This document shows positions 57,137-64,000 of a stretch of DNA of 64,000 nucleotides, piece by piece; position 1 is the stretch's first letter; each line of letters begins with the position of its first letter. A program made the position numbers and the translations under genes. The notes below the pieces were generated by a model. The model was given only the letters and a program-made list of their open reading frames with translations. It was not told the origin of the DNA and made no database searches. This DNA comes from Bacillales bacterium UBA6865 (lineage in GTDB: Bacteria > Bacillota_I > Bacilli_A > RFN20 > CAG-826), in the NCBI GenBank assembly GCA_002449265.1, contig DKCV01000015.1, positions 31,120 through 95,119 of the forward strand, read 5' to 3'.

Positions 57137-58017
57137 TTATTGTTCTTACTGGAGCAACGGGAACTGGAAAAAGCGCTTTGGCGATTTCTTTAGCTCAAAT
57201 TCTAAATGGAGAAATCATTAACGCCGACGCTTTTCAAGCTTATCAAGGTTTATTCATTGCTACAGCCGCTCCAAGTGAAAGCGATAAAAGGATTGTTCCG
57301 CATCATCTCTATGATTTTGTTCCTTTAAACGAAGAATACAATGTTTCGCGTTATCAAAAAGACGCTAGAGAAGCGATAAAAGATGTCCTTTCTCGTCACA
57401 AAACACCGATTTTAGTTGGGGGCAGTGGATTATATATTCGTAGCGCTCTTTTCGATTACGATTTTAGCGTTGATACGAGTCACGTCGATCTTTCTAATTA
57501 CGATACAATGACAAACGAAGCGCTTCACCAAGAACTAGAAAAATTGGATCCTACGGAAGCAAATAAAATTCATCCGAATAATCGTAGAAGAGTGATGCGT
57601 GATATTGCTCTTTGCTTAGCCTTAAAGCGAAGCAAAACCTCCTTTTTAGAAGAACAAAAGCATGAACCGATTTTCGAAACGAAGTTTTTTACCTTGCATC
57701 TAGAGCGAGAAAAACTTTACCCAATGGTAGAAGAACGCGTAGAGAAGATGTTTCAGCTTGGCTTACTAGAAGAAACAATCCCCCTCATCGAAAAATACGG
57801 GCGAGATGCACCTGCTTTTAAAGCAATCGGCGTCAAAGAGTTTTTCCCCTATATGGATGGACTGATCTCCCTAGAAGAAGCGAAAACGACCATCAAAGAA
57901 AACACCCGTCATTACATTCGTCGGCAAGAAACTTTTTTCACCCATCAATTTCATAGTGAAATGGTTACTTCTCTCTCCGATATCCTTTCTTCATTAGACT
58001 CGATTATCTCTAGATAA
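57133..58017 (+). CDS. miaA: tRNA dimethylallyltransferase MiaA
   Basis: P-loop LTGATGTGKSALAI, with INADAFQAY, VGGSGLY and RRQETFF motifs. ATGA overlap with miaB. Confidence 0.92.
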   Translation: MIIVLTGATGTGKSALAISLAQILNGEIINADAFQAYQGLFIATAAPSESDKRIVPHHLYDFVPLNEEYNVSRYQKDAREAIKDVLSRHKTPILVGGSGLYIRSALFDYDFSVDTSHVDLSNYDTMTNEALHQELEKLDPTEANKIHPNNRRRVMRDIALCLALKRSKTSFLEEQKHEPIFETKFFTLHLEREKLYPMVEERVEKMFQLGLLEETIPLIEKYGRDAPAFKAIGVKEFFPYMDGLISLEEAKTTIKENTRHYIRRQETFFTHQFHSEMVTSLSDILSSLDSIISR

Positions 58018-58066
58018 AATAGCACTCAAACGTTATCATTTTTGAAGCGGAAGGAGTGAAAGAAAT

Positions 58067-59683
58067 ATGTCTTTATTAAAAATCAGCGAAATTGCTAAAA
58101 AAGCCGGAATCGGCGAAAAATATGTTGAGCCTTATGGCTTTTATAAAGCAAAAATCAATCCTGCCATTTTTGAAGAAATTAAGAATAAACAAGACGGAAA
58201 ACTTATTTTAGTAACTGCGATCACTCCAACAAAAGCTGGGGAAGGAAAGACAACCACTTCGATTTCTTTGCTTGATGGCTTAAATAGAATTGGCGAAAAA
58301 GCCTTGCTTTGCTTAAGAGAGCCTGCGATGGGGCCAACATTCGGTTTAAAGGGTGGCGCGACCGGGGGAGGTAAAGTCACCATTGAGCCACAAGAAGACA
58401 TCAATCTTCATTTCAATGGGGACATGCATGCTTTAACTAGCTCCATTAACTTAATATCAGCAATTATTGATAATTCCATCTTCCAAGGCAATCCTTTAAA
58501 CATCGATCCAAAACGTGTTGTCTGGAAACGGGCGATCGATATGAATGATCGCGCCTTAAGAGAAATCGAAATCGCGGAAGGTGAGAAAAACGGCGTAACG
58601 AGAAAGGATGGGTTCATTATCACCGTCGCTAGTGAACTTATGGCAATCCTTTGCTTAGCGAAAAACGATGAAGACTTTTTAAATCGGTTAAAAAAGATTA
58701 TCGTGGCTTATTCTTATGATGGTCATCCAATTACTATCGAAGATTTAAAAATTACGCACGCTATCATGAAGCTCATGAAAGAAGCGCTTAAACCAAATCT
58801 TGTCCAAACTTCCGAGAATAATCCCGTTTTAATTCATGGTGGCCCTTTTGCGAATATCGCACATGGCTGCAATAGTCTTATTGCGACAAAACTTGCCTTA
58901 AAATTAGCCCCGATTGTGATAACAGAGGCGGGATTTGCGGCGGATTTAGGGGCGGAGAAGTTTTTTGATATTGTCGCTCCTATTGGAAATCTGCACCCTG
59001 ATTTGGCTATTATGGTCGCGACGATTCGCGCGTTAAAGATGCATGGCGAGGTCCCTTATGAAGAACTCGACAAAGAGAATCTAGTAGCGTTAGAAAAAGG
59101 CATGGCGAACCTAGAAGTTCATCTCTCTAACATGAAAAAATTCGGGATGCCTGTCCTTATTGCGATTAATCATTTCGCTTCTGATAGTGAAAAAGAGATT
59201 CTTTTTGTGGAGAATTACTGCAAAGAAAGAGGATACGCCTATAGTTTCGTCGATTCTTTCTTAAAGGGTAGTGATGGCGCAATTGATTTAGCTAAGAAAA
59301 CCATGGATTTCCTTACTAGCGTCCCAAGTCACTTTGCTCCTATTTATAAGAAAGATTCTCCAATTCGAGAAAAAATAGCGACAATTTGCAAAGAAATTTA
59401 TCGGGCTGACGACGTTAGCTATAGCGAAGAAGCTCTAAAATCCATCGAACGTTATGAGGCAATGGGCTATGGGAGTTCTTATGTTTGCATGGCGAAAACT
59501 CCGAATTCGTTAAGTGATGATCCAAAATTACTAGGAGCCCCAAAAGGGTTTGTCGTTCATGTTCGCGAAGTCCAATTAGCGAGCGGTAGCGATTTTATTA
59601 TCCCTTTAACCGGAAAAATATTGACGATGCCAGGCTTACCAAAGCTTCCGATGGCAGTCAAAATGGAGGACGAACCATGGTAA
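58067..59683 (+). CDS. fhs: Formate--tetrahydrofolate ligase
   Basis: TPTKAGEGKTTTSISL, EPAMGPTFGLKGGATGGG, GGPFANIAHGCNS. 538 aa. Confidence 0.95.
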   Translation: MSLLKISEIAKKAGIGEKYVEPYGFYKAKINPAIFEEIKNKQDGKLILVTAITPTKAGEGKTTTSISLLDGLNRIGEKALLCLREPAMGPTFGLKGGATGGGKVTIEPQEDINLHFNGDMHALTSSINLISAIIDNSIFQGNPLNIDPKRVVWKRAIDMNDRALREIEIAEGEKNGVTRKDGFIITVASELMAILCLAKNDEDFLNRLKKIIVAYSYDGHPITIEDLKITHAIMKLMKEALKPNLVQTSENNPVLIHGGPFANIAHGCNSLIATKLALKLAPIVITEAGFAADLGAEKFFDIVAPIGNLHPDLAIMVATIRALKMHGEVPYEELDKENLVALEKGMANLEVHLSNMKKFGMPVLIAINHFASDSEKEILFVENYCKERGYAYSFVDSFLKGSDGAIDLAKKTMDFLTSVPSHFAPIYKKDSPIREKIATICKEIYRADDVSYSEEALKSIERYEAMGYGSSYVCMAKTPNSLSDDPKLLGAPKGFVVHVREVQLASGSDFIIPLTGKILTMPGLPKLPMAVKMEDEPW

Positions 59684-59895
59684 AGGTCGATTACGGTCTA
59701 TTCGATGTTGTCGAAATGAAAAAAGCTCATCCTTGCAAAGGACGAAGCAAACTATTCCAGATTGTAATGGTTGGCGCGGATATCAAAATCCGCTGCTTAG
59801 GATGCGGGAATCTTATCCTTTTATCTCGCGATAAATTTAATGAACGCATTAAACGCGTCGTCTCTAAGAACGAAGGCCCACTAAAAGTTGAATAA
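59677..59895 (+). CDS. DUF951 family small protein
   Basis: 72 aa: YGLFDVVEMKKAHPCKGRSKLFQIVMVGADIKIRCLGCGNLILLSRDKF (HPC...CxxC pattern of DUF951). Overlaps the fhs end. Confidence 0.75.
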   Translation: MVKVDYGLFDVVEMKKAHPCKGRSKLFQIVMVGADIKIRCLGCGNLILLSRDKFNERIKRVVSKNEGPLKVE

Positions 59896-59915
59896 ATTTT
59901 TTGGTAAAAAATGCA

Positions 59916-59953
59916 AAATGCCCCCTATTAAATAATGGAGGGCATTTATTTTT
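59916..59953 (+). terminator. Intrinsic terminator after the DUF951 gene (its 3' arm carries the SD of the next gene)
   Basis: AAATGCCC(CC)-loop-(GGA)GGGCATTT followed by ATTTTT. Confidence 0.65.
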
Positions 59954-61996
59954 ACTCTAAAGCACGTTTCTAAAATTTATGGTTCGAAATTAGAAAAAAC
60001 TACGGCGTTAAATGACGTCTCTTTCTCTTTGCCATCTAAAGGGATTGTCGCAATCGTTGGTAAAAGCGGCTCGGGGAAAAGCACTTTATTAAATCTTCTT
60101 TCATTACTTACGAAACCCTCAAAAGGCAAAATTCTATTTTTAGGGAAGGACCTAGCTTCTTTTTCGGAAAAAGAAAAGCTCTTTTATCGCAATAAAGTTT
60201 GCGGGTTTGTTTATCAAAAGTTCAATCTTTTGGAAAAAGAGAGTGCTTTAAGCAATATCATGCTTCCTCTTTTGATTAGGGGATGTTCTAAACTTGAGGC
60301 AAAAGAAAAAACTCTTTCTCTCTTAGCCAAGTTCTCTCTTCTTTCCCTTCAAAATAGGGAAGTGAGTTCCCTCTCGGGTGGCGAGAAACAACGTGTCGCG
60401 ATATTACGAGCGATAGTGTCTGACCCTGAAGTTTTATTTTGTGATGAGCCAACTGGTGCCTTAGACGAAAAAAATAGTGAGCTAACGATGGAATTATTAA
60501 AGGAAATCGCTAAGGATCGATTAGTCATTTTGGTTTCTCATAATCTAAAGTTAGTGAATCATTATTGCGCGTATAAAATTACGTTAAGCGATGGAAAAAT
60601 TATCGATAAACCAAAGGATTTCGTTTGTGATGCCGTATGGAAAAGATCGATAGAAAAACGAGGACGTTCCTCTTGGAAAATGCCCTTAGTTTTTCATCAC
60701 TTAAAAGAAGATAAAAGGAAGAACTTCCTTTCTTTTTTATCGAATGTTGTTGCTTTAACGTTCTTATTTTGCGCGATAGGTTTCATTTATGGTAGTGATG
60801 AATCGCTTGCCATAGAAAAAGAGAAGTCGCTTCTTCTATATCAAGCTTCTATCACGAAGAAAGAAAGCTATGAACTTCCAAATTCGCCTCTTTCTTTGAC
60901 GCGTTCCTCTCGTCCAGACAAAGAAGAATTTTTAGAAACCGCTTATTCGATTGGTCTTAGCGTTCATAACGATTATTCGTATTTCTTTCCTAAAGAAACG
61001 TCTTTTTCTAGTGGCAAAGTATCTTCTCACGCTTCTTTTGAACCAATTTTTGATTTTTCTTTGAAAGAATTAGGGAAGGAATGGCTCATAAACAAAACTA
61101 CTTCTATTATTGAAGAAAGCCAATCTTGCTACATCAATGACGTTTTCTTAAATCGCTTTTCTCTTCAAGTCGGCGATAAGATTCATGTTCCTTTAAAAAC
61201 GACCATAACGTTAGATGATAAAAGCTTTGTCGTGGATTTAACGAGTGATTTTTTAATCGAAGGCGTCATAGAGGAGTTTGGGTTCTTAAATCTTCCAAGG
61301 GTGTATTATTCTTACTCTTCTTTCGAAGAACGATTGAAGAACACTTATGTCAAAAATAATTCCTTTCGAAAAAGCATTTTTTCGCTTGTAGAGGATAGTA
61401 GTGGGGAAGAGCCTTATTCTTCTTATTCTTATCTACTTTATGCGCATGACTTTCTAAGCAAGGAAAGGCTCTTTTCGCTTGCTCGTAAGAAAAAAGAGGC
61501 GAAAGAAGGATTAGAGTATTCTTCTTATTCTTGCTCGATTATCGACTCTTTTGATTCTCTTCATAGCGCGATTAGCGGAGTTCTGATCCCATTTTTGTTT
61601 TTGGCCTTATTCGCTTCTTCTTTTATCGGCGCTTCAATTTCCTTTTCTTCCTTTTTAGAGCGAAAGAAAGAAGCGGCAATTTTGACCTCGCTTGGCGCTT
61701 CCTTTTCTTCCGTCATCTCTTTATACGCGAGTGAATCACTCTTTATTTCTCTTCTTTCAACTCTATTTTCTTTATTTCTCTCCGACCTTGTAGAACTACT
61801 TCTTAACCCGATTCTTTTTCATTGTTCCTTAATTCCTAATCTCATTCAAATTCCATTTTTAACCTTATTTGGTATTCCTCTACTATTTCCTCTTTTGGCT
61901 TTCCTTTTATCCTCTTTCCTTTCTTTCTTCGCCACTTTCCTTCCTTTAATTGCTTTTAAAAGAAGCACTCTTCTTAAGGAGCTTAACGATGAATGA
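59948..61996 (+). CDS. MacB-type ABC transporter, fused ATPase + FtsX-family permease (copy 1)
   Basis: Walker A GKSGSGKST, LSGGEKQRVAILRA, LFCDEPTGALD and LVSHN. The C-terminal FtsX region carries RKKEAAILTSLGAS. The frame is open from 59936, and the ABC N-terminal strand LKHVSKIYG lies upstream of the track start at 60029. Proposed ATT start at 59948 after GGAGGG; the start is uncertain. Confidence 0.8.
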   Translation: MFTLKHVSKIYGSKLEKTTALNDVSFSLPSKGIVAIVGKSGSGKSTLLNLLSLLTKPSKGKILFLGKDLASFSEKEKLFYRNKVCGFVYQKFNLLEKESALSNIMLPLLIRGCSKLEAKEKTLSLLAKFSLLSLQNREVSSLSGGEKQRVAILRAIVSDPEVLFCDEPTGALDEKNSELTMELLKEIAKDRLVILVSHNLKLVNHYCAYKITLSDGKIIDKPKDFVCDAVWKRSIEKRGRSSWKMPLVFHHLKEDKRKNFLSFLSNVVALTFLFCAIGFIYGSDESLAIEKEKSLLLYQASITKKESYELPNSPLSLTRSSRPDKEEFLETAYSIGLSVHNDYSYFFPKETSFSSGKVSSHASFEPIFDFSLKELGKEWLINKTTSIIEESQSCYINDVFLNRFSLQVGDKIHVPLKTTITLDDKSFVVDLTSDFLIEGVIEEFGFLNLPRVYYSYSSFEERLKNTYVKNNSFRKSIFSLVEDSSGEEPYSSYSYLLYAHDFLSKERLFSLARKKKEAKEGLEYSSYSCSIIDSFDSLHSAISGVLIPFLFLALFASSFIGASISFSSFLERKKEAAILTSLGASFSSVISLYASESLFISLLSTLFSLFLSDLVELLLNPILFHCSLIPNLIQIPFLTLFGIPLLFPLLAFLLSSFLSFFATFLPLIAFKRSTLLKELNDE

Positions 61997-64000
61997 AATT
62001 TTGCGGATTGAGCGTGTAAGCAAACGCTTTGCTGAACGCTTATTGTATGATGATTTTTCTTTTTCTTTCCCGCGTAGTGGCTTATTCGCCCTGGTTGGAG
62101 CAAGTGGCTCTGGGAAAAGCACTCTTTTAGAGATGATTGCAGGGTTAGATAAGGATTATGAAGGTTCGATCTATCTTTTTGATAGAAAGATGAATAAAAC
62201 TAATGAAGCGAGTCGTTCGCGCCTTCGCTTAAAAGAAATCGGTTTTATTCGCCAAGGATATGACTTATTAGAACTTGAAAAAGCGTTAGAAAATGTGGCT
62301 CTTCCTTTGTATGCTGGAAGTTACGAAAAAAAGAGCATCATTGAGAAAAGATCTTCGGATTTGCTTTCGATGCTCGATATGAAGAAATATAGAAAATCAA
62401 CCGTTAATGAATTAAGTGGAGGAGAAAAGCAACGCATTGCCTTAGCAAGAGCCATTTCTTTAGAAACGAAGATTCTTCTTGCGGATGAGCCTACTGGAGC
62501 ACTCGACAATAAAAACGCGAAAAAAGTATATGGCTATCTAAAAACACTATCTCTATCAAAATTAGTTATTTTAGTCACCCATGATGAAGAAGCTGCCTAT
62601 TTTTATGCGGATGGAATTTTGACGATTGAAAATAGTAAAATTACTTTTGCTACCAATCAATCGAAGCCCCCTGAAGTGGCTCGTTTTTCTTCTTTAAGCA
62701 TCAAGAAAAGGAAAAGTGTTCCTTATGTTCCCTTTTTCTTTTGGATGAAGCATGCTTTTCATTTATTAAAGGCAAAACGGGAACGGACGTCACTTAGTGT
62801 CTTTGTCCTATGCTTATCGTTATTTAGCTTAGGCGTATCCGTTTTTCTTTCTTATGAAGCGGGTCAAGAAATCGAAACTGCTTTTTCTTCCTTGATCGGT
62901 AATAACTGCATCATAATGGAGAAGGAGGGGAGTAACCGCGCGATTAGTAAAGCGTATGCGGCAACGAAAGAAGATATCGATAGCATCCTCTCTTTTGCGC
63001 CGAATATCGCGAAAGGGTACGGAGTTAGCTATACCGTTGATTGGCACTCGTTTTTCCCTAATAACGATATGGTTTACATTCTTTCCGACACAAAGAAAAT
63101 CGAACTGAATCATTTTTCCGTCTCTACCGCAAATGATTTCGTTTTGTTTGACGCGTCTAGCGAATTAAAGGCATATCCCGAGATCCCTAATCTTTTAGAA
63201 GACGATCAAATTATCTTAGGACTACCTTATCAAAATATGGTGCAACTTTGCTTAAGCCTACAAATCAGTAGAGATTACGAAACATTAGGTAAATATCTAA
63301 GTGAAAACGATGTGAATATTCTCTTTGAAATCGCAAATTTAAGCTGGAATTACGAAGATAATGAGCTTTATGCGATTAGAGGTGTCGCTCCTAGTGATAA
63401 ACCTACGATTTTTCACACCAATCCCCTATGGAATTCTTATTTTTATGAAGCTAGGATGCGTTTTCCTACGACAGATGGTTCTGATAATTCTTATCCTTGG
63501 GTAATGCAAAAAGTCTATTATTTACGTTCACTTTTAGATAAGGATGACTTCTATTATGAGGTACGGCATAATCCTGCTTTTTATCATTATTTGTTTGATA
63601 GAAAAGACGAAACAAGCGTTCTTTTCGTTGAAGAAAATCATTACGAAGTTTATTTTGTGAACCGAAATTCTTTTACTTTTTCTGAAATCGAAGCCATTTC
63701 AAAAAAATACAATCTTCCTTACTATTCGGTTTTTGGAGAAGAAAGCTATACGAGTTTTCCTGCCGCGATGATGAGCGGGTTCTTCCATCCTTTTTATTTA
63801 AGCAACGAGAAAGAATCTTTGGATTCTCTAGTCGAAACTCTAAGCGTTCTTCCTCTTGAGCAAAAAGATTATTCGCCTTCATTACCAACTAACGTGAAAG
63901 AAGGATCGTATCTTCTTCCATTTTCTCAAGGCGTGACGATATCGAATCGCCTTACGAAATTAGTGAAGGGTAGAAAAGCAAAACGCGCGAATGAAGTGGT
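61989..64000 (+). CDS. MacB-type ABC transporter, fused ATPase + FtsX-family permease (copy 2, 3' end outside window)
   Basis: My own translation from ATG 61989 is open to 64000: MNEILRIERVSKRF..., Walker A GASGSGKST, LSGGEKQRIALARA, LLADEPTGALD, LVTHD, then a TM helix and a large extracytoplasmic domain. Overlaps the copy 1 stop by 8 nt. It is absent from the ORF track, which shows no ORF running off either window edge. Confidence 0.8.
   Translation, partial: MNEILRIERVSKRFAERLLYDDFSFSFPRSGLFALVGASGSGKSTLLEMIAGLDKDYEGSIYLFDRKMNKTNEASRSRLRLKEIGFIRQGYDLLELEKALENVALPLYAGSYEKKSIIEKRSSDLLSMLDMKKYRKSTVNELSGGEKQRIALARAISLETKILLADEPTGALDNKNAKKVYGYLKTLSLSKLVILVTHDEEAAYFYADGILTIENSKITFATNQSKPPEVARFSSLSIKKRKSVPYVPFFFWMKHAFHLLKAKRERTSLSVFVLCLSLFSLGVSVFLSYEAGQEIETAFSSLIGNNCIIMEKEGSNRAISKAYAATKEDIDSILSFAPNIAKGYGVSYTVDWHSFFPNNDMVYILSDTKKIELNHFSVSTANDFVLFDASSELKAYPEIPNLLEDDQIILGLPYQNMVQLCLSLQISRDYETLGKYLSENDVNILFEIANLSWNYEDNELYAIRGVAPSDKPTIFHTNPLWNSYFYEARMRFPTTDGSDNSYPWVMQKVYYLRSLLDKDDFYYEVRHNPAFYHYLFDRKDETSVLFVEENHYEVYFVNRNSFTFSEIEAISKKYNLPYYSVFGEESYTSFPAAMMSGFFHPFYLSNEKESLDSLVETLSVLPLEQKDYSPSLPTNVKEGSYLLPFSQGVTISNRLTKLVKGRKAKRANEV

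Noticed and set aside
1-64000. Whole-window search for mobile elements, prophage, CRISPR-Cas, restriction-modification, toxin-antitoxin or other defence islands, and for rRNA/tRNA genes.
   Set aside because: I saw no transposase, integrase, recombinase or cas-like ORFs, no terminal inverted repeats and no repeat arrays. I saw no tRNA-like T-arm sequence in the intergenic regions I read. Apart from the few unknown ORFs flagged above, every long ORF is accounted for by housekeeping, transport or lipoprotein functions, and composition looks uniform.

Overview
This is 64 kb of AT-rich, tightly packed chromosomal core DNA from a low-GC Firmicute that looks genome-streamlined (Bacilli / Mollicutes-like). 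The standard genetic code applies: conserved genes stop at TGA and Trp is TGG. I support about 58 CDS, one RNase P RNA (type B, 50604..50937), one FMN riboswitch with terminator/antiterminator upstream of ribU (42745..42910), about 15 intrinsic terminators and several promoter/operator candidates.

Gene content in order:
- cation/H+ antiporter
- mglBAC-like sugar ABC importer
- uracil permease and upp
- Na/Pi-PhoU transporter
- a MerR-controlled redox divergon
- M13 peptidase lipoprotein
- rmuC, recN, zupT, C69 dipeptidase, ldh
- Tyr-phosphatase
- flippase-like protein plus GT4 glycolipid synthase
- recX, yhaM, HIT
- two giant PrsA-like lipoproteins
- sufCDSUB, mnmG-rsmG-parA-parB
- ribU, fer, cmk, der, hup
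- a half-size cca, dnaD, nth, recU, an exonuclease, gpsB, rnpB
- pgsA, recA, rny, ymdB, miaB, miaA, fhs, DUF951
- two tandem MacB-type ABC fusion genes; the last runs off the window

Three blocks keep the Bacillus subtilis gene order, with cell-wall and sporulation genes missing. I found no rRNA, tRNA, CRISPR, transposase, integrase, prophage or recognisable defence island, so I cannot point to a clear multi-gene novel system.

The items most worth a second look:
- an orphan 345-aa ORF translationally coupled to parB
- a permuted parS-like palindrome in front of parA
- a MiaB protein with a C-terminal YmcA/RicA-like domain, sitting next to rny-ymdB
- a half-size CCA-adding enzyme
- an overlapping pair of about 600-700-aa PrsA-like lipoproteins
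- a 250-aa coiled-coil extension on a sugar ABC permease
- an ABC gene whose start and SD lie inside the preceding terminator

All homology calls come from reading motifs by eye; no database search was run.
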